Shown: positions 10,129 through 22,174 of the stretch, in pieces | Numbering within the stretch: position 1 is the first letter of the stretch | Layout: every line of letters starts with the position of its first letter | DNA from: Macrostomum hystrix | Lineage: Eukaryota; Animalia; Platyhelminthes | NCBI GenBank assembly: GCA_950097015.1 | Contig: CATNEN010000001.1 | Location: 9,920,001 to 9,984,000, forward strand | Direction of reading: 5' to 3' | Length of the DNA stretch: 64,000 bases | Program-made: the position numbers and the translations under genes | Notes under the pieces: model-generated | Seen by the model: only the letters and a program-made list of their open reading frames with translations | Told to the model about the DNA's origin: nothing | Databases searched by the model: none

Positions 10129-13100
10129 ATGTCGGCCAGTAGTCAAGACTTCTGGCGTCCGGGCGCTAGTCGGCCAAGAAAAGTGGCCACTGGACGAGCT
10201 TCGTCGGCCAAGTCGATGGAGAATCTAGCAGCAGTGCTACCGAATCCTAAAACTGAATCGGCGGTGCCTCGCATCGATCTGACCAATTTTGACAGTCCTG
10301 AATTTGATCGGCTGGACTATGTCCTGACGAGTCCGCGCAGTCTGGAGGCCTGCCATCGTCTGGGACTTCAACCGGTTCGACTGCTTTACAAGCGGCTGCA
10401 GGACTTTGAGCTTGAGAATCCCGGACTGCCGGTCGCTAAGCTGTTTGAACTGTACGACAAGTACGAATCTGAGAGGAAGGCTAGTCTGAGTTTGGCTAGG
10501 CAGGAGCGAGACAAGATTCTAGCAGCTGAGGAACCTGCTGCTCTGGAAGCGCTCAGGTAGTTACCACATTCTATGTTTAGATCAGGTGGGGTGGATGCTG
10601 ACTTCTGGCGGTGGATGGTGAGTTCTGGGTGTGGATAGTGAGTTCTGGATGTGGATGGTGACTTATGGGTGTGGATGGTGAGTTCTAGGTGGGTGGGGGC
10701 GGATGATGGTTATAGGAGGAAGAAGGGAGACAGCTCCTGAGGACTACAAAGCAGTGGAAAGATTAGGAATTGTCTTGGAAGAATTAGGACACTAGATAAT
10801 GAGTGACACATTTTTAACGAATTGAATACCATTTAAAATTTTTATTGCAGATATAGTACTTCAAACGGAACCCGGCAACCGCTTAGCAACGGTGACGTAG
10901 ACTGGGAGTCGCAGATTCGTCGCGAACTGGCCGATCACGAGGTGCAAGCTGAGAGGCTGCGACAGCGGCTGGAGAGTCAGCGGCTGCGTAGACTGGTCAG
11001 TCATTCAACTCTTTCCCACGAACTCCTACATTGCTTACTTTGGGGTGGCTGTTTGTAGCAGAGGAATGGGGTGGATGTTTGTGGCAGAGGAATGGGTGGA
11101 TGTTTGTGGCAGAGGAATGGGTGGATGTTTGTGGCAGAGGAATGGCGTGGTTGTTTGTAGCAGAGGAATGGGGTGGTTGTTTGTAGCAGAGGAATGGGGT
11201 GGTTGTTTGTAGCAGAGGAATGGGGTGGTTGTTTGTAGCAGAGGAATGGGGTGGTTGTTTGTAGCAGAGGAATGGGGTGGTTGTTTGTAGCAGAGGAATG
11301 GGGTGGTTGTTTGTAGCAGAGGAATGGGGTGGTTGTTTGTAGCAGAGGAATGGGGTGGTTGTTTGTAGCACAGGAATGGGGTGGTTGTTCGTAGCAGAGG
11401 AATGAAGTTCTGAATTTATGCAGATCACTGGGCTTTCAAATATTCCACAGGAGGAATCAAAAGCGCGTCGGGATCGGGAACATCAGCTGGCCGACGAAAC
11501 TCGCCGACGCTGTCAGTCAGCCGAGCTCATTGCACCGAGGCCGCCAGCGTCCTCGGCTTCATCGCAGTCCCAGTCGTCCTGGGAAAACCGCCAGCGCCTG
11601 GCCGAGTCTCGTCGTCGTCGCGAGGAGCGCGAGTTAAACGGCACCAGCCGGGCCGCCCTCCACGACAGCGCCGAGCAGCTGGCCCGCGCTGGTCGCGCTA
11701 AAGTCAGCCTGGAGTCGGACGAACAACAGCGGCGTCATCTGCGGTTGAAGCGTCGCGAGTCGGCGCACCGAGATCGCTCAGCGGAGATGCGACGGACGGC
11801 TAGGCGCGACTCTGCCGCGGCACTACGCGCCGCTGATCAGAGGGAGCAGTCGGCAACTAGGAATCACGAGCTGGAGCTGCAGAAGAAGCAGATGAGCTTG
11901 AGAGAGCAGCAACTCGTTCAGCTGGAGAGGTCTTTGAGCTATGCAAATGATTTTTATACCGATTCTTATCCTCCCGTGTGCATGATGCCCTACCCGGCGA
12001 AAGCGAACACGGGGACAAATTAGCGGTGCAGATACACTTATAGCCTAACTTGATGACGAGGCATTTTTTTTAAGATTAATCTGCAGTTACTCCTGACGTT
12101 TTCCCCAGTTCGCATGAGCATCCTTAACTACTTTTTTATGTTGGGTACTTAAGTACTTAAGATGCATAGAAATCGCACCAGATATTGCGCGGCGCATCCA
12201 AATCCAAAGCTATGTACAGCTGTTAAGTCCGTGGACTTGGGAGGTCGCAATTCTTACTTAAATTTCTACCCAGCTGATTTCTGTACACCCATTTTACGGC
12301 TGGGTGAGCTGAAGCACTAGGGAGGAGGGCTGCGGGCAAATGGCACATCCTTTGGTGACACTAGACCCGCATTAAGCGAGGAGGCAATTCTGCCCATTTC
12401 GCTGACTCCTGAGCACACACACACAGGTGTGTACATCTGCCCTGACTTTCAACATCGGTCAGGCAGTGTACACTTCCCTGTGCCTAGGAGTTGGCCCTCA
12501 AGGGCGTAAATTGCACGACAAGCCCCCGGCCTCGCCGCGGAATCGAGCTCAGGGACCTTGGTGCGAGAGGCAGCCGCGTTATACCGCTCTGCCTCTATGC
12601 GTAGATAGGCCTCGTTAATCCGCCTGGACGCTGCAATAATTTTGGTCGCAGCTGCAAAGGCAAAACTTTGATGGCTTGTCGTTCGATTCAGGCACCTCAA
12701 GAAGTCTGTAGGATTTGAGGAAGAGCCTACTTTCAGTAGCTAGCCCGAATATTTACTATCTATTCAACAACACGTTGACCGCCAGATTTCGCTCCTCAGC
12801 GGAGAGGCGGCATCGGCTCGAGTCTGAAATCGACACCTACAAGGAGGAGCTGCGTCGATATCGCCAGCTGGCCGAGCAGCGCGCCGAGGAGGTCGTGAAC
12901 CGGCGGTCGCAGCAGCTGGCCCGCCGCGCCGCAGCCAAAGAGGCCCAGCGTCAGGCCGTGGCCCGCCGCAATCAGCGCGAGCAGGAGCGCGCCGAGGAGG
13001 AGTGGCGACGGCGCACCGAGTCGAAGTCGATCGCCCGCCAGGAGGAGGCGGCCCGTCAGGTAGAGGCGCGTGAACGGGAGCGCCAGAATGCGCGCGCGGT

Positions 13101-13218
13101 GGCCGAGACCGCCGCCAGGTTGCGGGCCAGTTCGCGACGCGGCTCCGACACGTTCGACAAGAAGGTGGCCCAGGTGAACTTGGTCAACAGGCTGGGCCTG
13201 GGACACGAGTTCAAATAG
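10129..13218 (+). CDS. CCDC177: Coiled-coil domain-containing protein 177-like; exons 10129-10556, 10851-10995, 11451-11929, 12786-13218
   Basis: IDLTNFDSPE...YVLTSPRSLEAC...LY..YE.ER is the conserved CCDC177 N-terminal block, followed by an R/E/Q coiled coil. All introns are GT-AG and phase-compatible (2,0,2). Confidence 0.85.
10588..10695. repeat. Degenerate ~20-bp tandem repeat in CCDC177 intron 1
   Basis: GTGGATGGTGAGTTCTGGGT-like units, about 5 copies. Confidence 0.75.
11041..11404. repeat. 26-bp minisatellite in CCDC177 intron 2
   Basis: GGGGTGGTTGTTTGTAGCAGAGGAAT, about 14 copies. Confidence 0.95.
12262..12320 (-). mobile_element. Fragment of CORE-like SINE family B
   Basis: The reverse complement GCTTCAGCTCACCCAGCCGTAAAATGGGTG...CAGCTGGGTA matches 26945-26992. 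Confidence 0.6.
12321..12597 (-). mobile_element. SINE family A copy in CCDC177 intron 3
   Basis: Shares GAGGGCTGCGGGCAA..GGTGACACTAGACCCGC..GGCCCTCAAGGGCGTAAATTGCACGAC..CGCGGAATCGAGCTCAGGGACC with the other copies. Confidence 0.85.
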
Positions 13219-14184
13219 GCGGCTCCTCGGTTTGACCATTGTTTTAGAGTCCTCGATCCTAGTTTAGACTGTGAAGTATTTCGGGATCTTAATTCAAATC
13301 CTGACAAAATCCTATTTTCGACTCTCATAAATTTTGAAACCTTGACTTAATTACGGGTGTTTGGGATTCTAAGAATATTTAAGAACCCGGTTTAAAAGCC
13401 TAGGAAATTCTGATCCTGATTTAGATCCAATGGATGTTTGGGAAACCTATTTAGGTCCCCAAAGAAGTTAAAAATCTCGATTTGGGTCCCGAAGACGTTG
13501 GATAACTTCATTATAGTCCTAAAATAGTCAAGTAATCTCGGTTTAGTAAGTTTCGCAGATCTCGAGTTATGTCAGTCTCAAACCGGAAAGCGTTGTAAAA
13601 TCATCATTTTAGACCATTTTTTAAAAGACTAATTAATTTTTTTAGCTCGTACAATGGTTGTGATTGCCATGTTTGAAATGTGCACTCTTCTGCTACTTAC
13701 CTGAGTAGTATAACACTTCTAAGAGTACTTATTGGCGCTTTTTATTTTATAAAAAAGTCCCGCCGTCAGAGTTGTCTCTATTAAAAAGCTTTAACCAGAA
13801 TCCGTCCCGGAAATTTCCAAGATGTCAATTCGTCGAAATTTCTAACTTCTGTATACTTTTTTCTACTTTAATTACGAGTATATACGCTCGTAGCTCGTAC
13901 AAAATTCATCGTTCCGTCCATTCGATCCTGGAGTAGTTTAAATATATTTAGACCTACCTTTGAATCTGTGACTTGTATTGAGATTTTTTACATTTTTTTC
14001 AGCGCTGGCTGCTGAAGTAGAAAATGCTATTTTTTCTTACTATCTTTATTTACTAACTATACTACTCATGAAATTTTGATCCTCATTGGTTCCCCACACA
14101 AATTCCTGCATCCCAAAGCTTCTATTTCTAAAAGTGCATAACATTGTCTTATATGTGAATATTCGAAAATCTGTAGCCTAGCCT

Positions 14185-14388
14185 GAAATCGCACTCACTA
14201 CTTGAAGGTCAGGAGTTCGTTTCCCGACTCCCTTGGAGCAAGACACTTGAATTTTGACTCTTGTTTGGGGCGTCCCTCCATGGACTGAACAGCCGTATAT
14301 ACTCACGCAGCCTTCAGATGCGCAGCGCAATAGCTGCGTCTGTGCTGTCGGCTGCACATCAGACCCAACTAGGGCAAGTGTAATGACA
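14185..14388 (+). mobile_element. SINE family B copy, internally deleted
   Basis: Head CTTGAAGGTCAGGAGTTCG, GCAAGACACTT and tail CCATGGACTGAACAGCCGTA..CGCAGCCTTCAGATGCGC match 26833-27120. Confidence 0.8.
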
Positions 14389-14639
14389 TCATTGTTTATA
14401 TTTTAAACTGTGTGCAGCGGTGTCAGCTTGTTTTTTACAGATTTTTATCACCCAGAACAATTTCAAAGCCCACAAAATTTGATGAATTTGAAATCAAATC
14501 AAATTAAAATCAAATCCCAATGCTCGCAGCCCGCTTGCAAATAAAATGTACATGAAGATGTACAACATGTCGACCGCCCTTCTGCTACTTCTAATCTGTG
14601 CAAAGTTCTCTCACCCACCTCACTCCTCACAAGTCAACT

Positions 14640-14770
14640 AGCATTGGCCCTTCTCTAATTGGCTAACCTGGACCACTGTAACATTTTACAATCGGTCCTT
14701 CAGGGAGCCAATCAGAATTCAAGGCCGTCTACTTGCCCAGAAGGTTTACTAGCTCAAGCTTTAAAAACCT
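14640..14770 (+). promoter_or_regulatory. Putative NEK2 proximal promoter with CCAAT boxes
   Basis: ATTGG at ~14643 and ~14658, AGCCAATCAG at ~14706, TTTAAA at 14760; 55-180 bp upstream of the ATG. Confidence 0.4.
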
Positions 14771-14819
14771 AACGAAGACGATAACAAGTGTTGTTATATT
14801 TTGCATGCAAGTGGCTATC

Positions 14820-17800
14820 ATGGCCAAGCTATCCGACTATCAGATTCTCCAGCACATTGGTAGCGGCAGTTTCGGCACCTGCAGCAAAGTTTGCCTGCGA
14901 TCAAACACTTCGAAACTGTTCGCTTGGAAAGAAATTGACTATAGCCAGTTCACAGAATCGGAGCTGCAGATGCTGTGCCGCGAAGTCAACCTACTGCGCA
15001 CCCTTCAGCACGCCAATGTTGTGAAATTCGATGGTCGCATCATTGACTCCAGCAGCAGTCGAGTGTTTGTTCTCATGGAATATTGTCCGAATGGCGATCT
15101 GAGTGCACTGATCAACAATCTGGCCGGTGTGAACCGACTGCTGCCGCAGTTCCTTGTACCCGAAGCGTTCGTCCGACGTGTGTGCGCCCAATTACTATCA
15201 GCACTGGACTATTGTCACTCCCGCAATGTCATTCACCGCGATCTCAAGCCGGCAAATGTTTTAATGGACGCCCAATGGAGTGCCAAACTCGCTGACTTCG
15301 GCCTCTCGCGAGTCCTCTCGTCTGTGCAATCTTTTGCAACAACATTTGTTGGCACGCCGATGTACATGAGCCCGGAGCTCCTCGGCGATCAGGAGGACGG
15401 CTTCAGTACGCCTAAATCAGATGTGTGGGCTTTGGGCTGCGTTCTGCACGAACTTATGGCTCTGAAAGGTACGTAGGACGTTCGGGGCACTGTCTACGGT
15501 GATCAAGAAAGAAGAAGCAGTCACTAGTAAATAGGTTGTTGTCTGGGGTAGTCATGACACTAAATAGTTGTTGTCTATTGTAAATCATGGTACTAATTTG
15601 GGGTTGTCTAGGGTAATCATGTCACTAAATAGGGTGTTCTCTATGGTAAATCATGTCATTAAATGTGGGCCGTCTAGGGTAATTTACGACTCTAAATGGG
15701 GTGTTGTCTAGGGTAATCATGTCAATACATGGGCGTTTTCTAGGTTAATCGAGTCACTTAATGGGGTGTTGTCTAGGGTAATCAAGTGCATTCCTACCCA
15801 CAGCTCCATTCAGCGCCCGGACGAAGCCGGAGCTGCGAATCCAAATTCGCACCGGCTGCCACACGGAGCTGCCTGTGACATTCTCGCCAACTCTGCGCCG
15901 ACTCGCTGCCGAGATGCTGCGAGTTGAGCTGGACAAACGTCCCAGCGCTGCCGACCTGCTAGCTAGATCCGAGGTGAAGCTCTGGTCAGCGGCTGCTCTT
16001 TCTGAAGCGAAACCGTGGCCTAATGTGAACGGCGACGGCTACGGCTGCGGCGATGTCGGCGGTGTCAATGACAGGCGAAGAGCTGAATTGCTTCAGCTTC
16101 AGGTGACAACCAGTTTCTAGACTGGAATCGGGTTTACATTAAAAACTCAAATCACAAAATCACATTTGTGAATTTTGAAAATCAAGAACCTCGTCCAAAT
16201 CTTGAGAATTATAATCCTCGCCCTGAATCTTGGGAATCATAATCCTCGCCCTGAATCTTGAGAATTATAATCCTCGCCCTGAATCTTGGGAATTATAATC
16301 CTCGCCCTGAATATTGAGAATTATAATCCTCGCCCTGAATATTGAGAATTATAATCCTCGCCCTGAATCTTGGGAATTATAATCCTCGCCCTGAATCTTG
16401 GGAATTATAATCCTCGCCCTGAATCTTGGGAATCATAATTCTCGCCCTGAATCTTGGGAATTATAATCCTCGCCCTGAATCTTGGGAATCATAATCCTCA
16501 CCCTGAATCTTGGGAATCGTAATCCTCGCCCTGAATCTTGGGAATCATAATCCTCGCCCTGAATCCTGGGAATTATAATCCTCGCCCTGAATCTTAAGAA
16601 TTATAATCCTCGCCCTGAATCTTGGGAATCATAATCCTCGCCCTGAATCTTGGGAATTATAATCCTCGCCCTGAATCTTGAGAATTATAATCCTCACCCT
16701 GAATCTTGGGAATCGTAATCCTCGCCCTGAATATTGAGAATTATAATCCTCGCCTTGAATCTTGGGAATTATAATCCTCGCCCTGAATCTTGGGAATCAT
16801 AATCCTCGCCCTGAATATTGAGAATTATAATCCTCGCCCTGAATCTTGGGAATTATAATCCTCGCCCTGAATCTTGGGAATCATAATCCTCGCCCTGAAT
16901 CTTGAGAATTATAATACTCGCCCTGAATCTTGGGAATCATAATCCTCGCCCTGAATCTTGGGAATCATAATCCTCGCCCTGAATCTTGGGAATCATAATC
17001 TTCGCCCTGAATATTGGGAATTATAATCCTCGCCCTGAATCTTGGGAATCATAATCCTCGCCCTGAATCTTGAGAATTATAATACTCGCCCTGAATCTTG
17101 GGAATCATAATCCTCGCCCTGAATCTTGGGAATTATAATCCTCGCCCTGAATCTTGGGAATCATAATCCTCGCCCTGAATCTTGGGAATTATAATCCTCG
17201 CCCTGAATCTTGGGAATCATAATCCTCGCCCTGAATCTTGAGAATTATAATACTCGCCCTGACTCTTGAGAACGCTAATCTTCGCCCTAACCTAAGAATC
17301 ACTATCCTCGCCCAAACAGAAACGCTTGGCTGACCAGGAGGCAGAACTGTCAAAGGCTGAGGACAAAGTAGCTGAGCGAGAGCGCGTTGTCAAGCAGGCG
17401 GAAGCCGAGATTCAGCAAAGGCAAGCCGAACTACAAAGCTTGGAGTGCCGCCTAAGAGAGCTGGACCGGTCCTTGCGCGAAAAGCAGCAACTGCTGGCCG
17501 TAGCAGCTTCCACCGCAGCCACCGCTGGCGCTGCCTCTACCGGCGGACGAGAGGGTGTCGAGAGAAAATCTTCTCAGAGTGTCGCCGCTTCGTTAAGCAG
17601 GTGAGTATTGGGACAGGGCGTTTGGCACAGCTCAGCGACGACTAACGAGCTATCAAAGTAGTAAACAATCAAAGTAAAAACAAGGAATTCAAGCCAATCA
17701 GGTTGAAGGAGGCCAGGAGAGGTGAGCCGCCAGCCAATCAGATTAGGAGATAACGAAGAAATAAATCACTGACCAATCAGATACCAGGACACTAGAAAAA

Positions 17801-18259
17801 TGGCTAGCGAATCAGATTGTGCGTTAATCTGAGTTAATGATGCGGTTTTTTTTAAAACAACTTAGGTCTCGCCGTCATACGGAAATTGGCTGTCATCAAA
17901 CGCAGCTGAAAGTAGAACCGCAACAGCAGCAGAAGCAGAAACAGCGACGTCACAGGATCGCGCTTCAAAGCATCGACCTGTCGCCGATTGTAAGCCAGGA
18001 GCAAACCCAGCAGCAGCAGCAGCGTAAGTCACCGCAGCTTCTTGACGTGGGTGCAGCGGTAGTTAAGGACGCTAAAAAGCTGGTTACGGCCAAAGGAAAG
18101 TACCACAGTCCGGCTAGTGTGCAACACGAGGCCGAAGCGAAGCAGCAAAAGCAAGCGGGAACCTACGAGCCGATACTGGGCGTTGTAACCAGGAGGCAGA
18201 AACAGCTGCTGCAGAAGTGCAGCCCAGTGTTTCGACTGGTCAATGATGACAAGAACTGA
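14820..18259 (+). CDS. NEK2: NIMA-related kinase, NEK2-like; exons 14820-15468, 15804-16102, 17320-17600, 17866-18259
   Basis: IGSGSFG, WKEIDY, QMLCREVNLLR, RIID, MEYC..GDL, HRDLKPAN, DFGLSR, FVGTPMYMSPE, SDVWALG closely follow NEK2, with a coiled coil after the kinase domain. Introns are GT-AG and phase-compatible (1,0,2). Confidence 0.85.
15520..15785. repeat. Degenerate ~33-35-bp tandem repeat filling NEK2 intron 1
   Basis: GTTGTCTAGGGTAATCATGTCACTAAAT-like units, about 8 copies. Confidence 0.75.
16185..17315. repeat. 28-bp minisatellite filling NEK2 intron 2
   Basis: TCTTGGGAATTATAATCCTCGCCCTGAA, about 40 copies, decaying into the 3' splice site. Confidence 0.97.
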
Positions 18260-18559
18260 CCTGAAAATCAATCTACCTGTTATGGGTTAGCCAAACTTGT
18301 CAATCATTTTTGACGTTGCCTTTTCGAATCATTCAGAGCAACCGTTGGGAAATTTTACTTCTCCAATACTTTTTTGTTTTAGCAAATGTTTTATTGTGAG
18401 GCTTGACGCTCGCAAGACTCTCGTCAGCGACCAGAAAACAGAAAACTGTTCACCAACAATAACAATTAAAATCTCCCCACTCGCATTTTTATTATGCACC
18501 AGAGACTTAAGTAACTCACAATCATGCACTTTTGTTTTCGTCCTCTCGTCCTGACTAGA

Positions 18560-21310
18560 CACATTGTCGTTGTGTGATTGATCATGTCCAATAGTGACAA
18601 TTGACACCTTGTCCTTGTGTAATTGATCATGTCCAATAGTGACAATTGACACCTTGTCGTTGTGTGATTGATCATGTCCAATAGTGACAATTGACACCTT
18701 GTCCTTGTGTAATTGATCATGTCCAATAGTGACAATTGACACCTTGTCCTTGTGTAATTGATCTTGTCCAATAGTGGCAATTGACACCTTGTCCTTGTGT
18801 AATTGATCTTGTCCAATAGTGGCAATTGACACCTTGTCCTTGTGTGATTGATCATGTCCAATAGTGACTTGACACCTTGTCCATGTGTAATTGATCATGT
18901 CCAATAGTGACTTGACACCTTGTCCTTGTGTAATTGATCATGTCCAATAGTGACTTGACACCTTGTCCTTGTGTAATTGATCTTGTCCAATAGTGACTTG
19001 ACACCTTGTCCTTGTGTAATTGATCTTGTCCAATAGTGACTTGACACCTTGTCCTTGTGTAATTGATCATGTCCAATAGTGACTTGACACCTTGTCCTTG
19101 TGTGATTGATCATGTCCAATAGTGACTTGACACCTTGTCCTTGTGTGATTGATCATGTCCAATAGTGACTTGACACCTTGTCCTTGTGTGATTGATCATG
19201 TCCAATAGTGACTTGACACCTTGTCCTTGTGTGATTGATCATGTCCAATAGTGACTTGACACCTTGTCCTTGTGTAATTGATCATGTCCAATAGTGACTT
19301 GACACCTTGTCCTTGTGTAATTGATCATGTCCAATAGTGACTTGACACCTTGTCCTTGTGTGATTGATCATGTCCAATAGTGACTTGACACCTTGTCCTT
19401 GTGTGATTGATCATGTCCAATAGTGACTTGACACCTTGTCCTTGTGTGATTGATCATGTCCAATAGTGACTTGACACCTTGTCCTTGTGTGATTGATCAT
19501 GTCCAATAGTGACTTGACACCTTGTCCTTGTGTAATTGATCTTGTCCAATAGTGACTTGACACCTTGTCCTTGTGTGATTGATCATGTCCAATAGTGACT
19601 TGACACCTTGTCCTTGTGTGATTGATCATGTCCAATAGTGACTTGACACCTTGTCCTTGTGTAATTGATCTTGTCCAATAGTGACTTGACACCTTGTCCA
19701 TGTGTAATTGATCATGTCCAATAGTGACTTGACACCTTGTCCTTGTGTGATTGATCATGTCCAATAGTGACTTGACACCTTGTCCTTGTGTGATTGATCA
19801 TGTCCAATAGTGACTTGACACCTTGTCCTTGTGTGATTGATCATGTCCAATAGTGACTTGACACCTTGTCCTTGTGTGATTGATCATGTCCAATAGTGAC
19901 TTGACACCTTGTCCTTGTGTGATTGATCATGTCCAATAGTGACTTGACACCTTGTCCTTGTGTAATTGATCATGTCCAATAGTGACTTGACACCTTGTCC
20001 TTGTGTGATTGATCATGTCCAATAGTGACTTGACACCTTGTCCTTGTGTGATTGATCATGTCCAATAGTGACTTGACACCTTGTCCTTGTGTGATTGATC
20101 ATGTCCAATAGTGACTTGACACCTTGTCCTTGTGTGATTGATCATGTCCAATAGTGACTTGACACCTTGTCCTTGTGTAATTGATCTTGTCCAATAGTGA
20201 CTTGACACCTTGTCCTTGTGTAATTGATCATGTCCAATAGTGACTTGACACCTTGTCCTTGTGTGATTGATCATGTCCAATAGTGACTTGACACCTTGTC
20301 CTTGTGTAATTGATCATGTCCAATAGTGACTTGACACCTTGTCCTTGTGTGATTGATCATGTCCAATAGTGACTTGACACCTTGTCCTTGTGTGATTGAT
20401 CATGTCCAATAGTGACTTGACACCTTGTCCTTGTGTGATTGATCATGTCCAATAGTGACTTGACACCTTGTCCTTGTGTAATTGATCTTGTCCAATAGTG
20501 ACTTGACACCTTGTCCTTGTGTAATTGATCATGTCCAATAGTGACTTGACACCTTGTCCTTGTGTGATTGATCATGTCCAATAGTGACTTGACACCTTGT
20601 CCTTGTGTAATTGATCATGTCCAATAGTGACTTGACACCTTGTCCTTGTGTGATTGATCATGTCCAATAGTGACTTGACACCTTGTCCTTGTGTGATTGA
20701 TCATGTCCAATAGTGACTTGACACCTTGTCCTTGTGTGATTGATCATGTCCAATAGTGACTTGACACCTTGTCCTTGTGTAATTGATCTTGTCCAATAGT
20801 GACTTGACACCTTGTCCTTGTGTGATTGATCATGTCCAATAGTGACTTGACACCTTGTCCTTGTGTGATTGATCATGTCCAATAGTGACTTGACACCTTG
20901 TCCTTGTGTGATTGATCATGTCCAATAGTGACTTGACACCTTGTCCTTGTGTGATTGATCATGTCCAATAGTGACTTGACACCTTGTCCTTGTGTAATTG
21001 ATCATGTCCAATAGTGACTTGACACCTTGTCCTTGTGTAATTGATCATGTCCAATAGTGACTTGACACCTTGTCCTTGTGTGATTGATCTTGTCCAATAG
21101 TGACTTGACACCTTGTCCTTGTGTGATTGATCTTGTCCAATAGTGACTTGACACCTTGTCCTTGTGTGATTGATCATGTCCAATAGTGACTTGACACCTT
21201 GTCCTTGTGTGATTGATCATGTCCAATAGTGACTTGACACCTTGTCCATGTGTGATTGATCATGTCCAATAGTGACTTGACACCTTGTCCATGTGTGATT
21301 GATCATGTCA
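18560..21310. repeat. 43-bp satellite (first units 45 bp), about 64 copies
   Basis: TGTGTGATTGATCATGTCCAATAGTGACTTGACACCTTGTCCT tandem array between the convergent NEK2 and HEI10 genes. Confidence 0.98.
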
Positions 21311-21948
21311 AGCTGTTTTACAGCTTGTATATTAGTTAAAGTATTATTTACCACATTTACTAGATCACTACAAGTTATATATTGATTTTTAGAATGATTT
21401 ATTATTCGTATCTTGATTGATTATTTGAGTAGTTAACCGAACAGCAAAAGCTAGCAAAATACACTTGAAAATAAACAACAAATGATGCGAATTAGAAGTC
21501 AAAGAGACATTTTCAGTTTTATGAAACAGTTTTATACTTTTTAGGCTTTGATATTTTATAAATAACTGACAATCAGAAAAAACTTCTATATTAAATAACT
21601 GCAAATAGAAACAACAAGAGAAGTTTAAATATTCAGGCATTGCTGGTTCTGAACTATATATTTCGAATAATATTATTAGCTAGTACAAACAAGCGATCTG
21701 GAGATATCGGCGATAACCAAAACTAGAATTCGACACCGATATTCCTAAATACAAAGAAGAGACAAAAACTGTAAAACAGAAAGAAACATGATGTAACGGA
21801 TCGAAAATAATGCAACTTAAGCCAGGAACAAGCTTGGAGACTTCAGTAGAAAAGGTTAGGTAATAAACGGAACATTTTTAATGATCGAGCGATTCGTCTG
21901 TTTTTAAATTTTGAGATCAGTCATGAATTCTGACACCCATTGCTAGTA

Positions 21949-22142
21949 CTAAGGATAATAGAGATGATACCCACCGCCGCTGCCAACACCACCGCCGAAG
22001 CCGCGACTACCGCCCGGATTCCTGCTGCGGCTACGGTCGCGCTGGTCGTCGCGAAAGTGGCCTTCGTAATTTGGGTGAGCCCTGTGCCTCGAGCGAGTCT
22101 CGCGCCCGCGATGCTGCAGCGATGGTGGCAGCATCATCCTCA

Positions 22143-22174
<32 letters not shown>

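Noticed and set aside
16185-21310. 28-bp and 43-bp arrays as CRISPR
   Set aside because: Units are contiguous with no unique spacers, there are no cas genes, and the context is eukaryotic.
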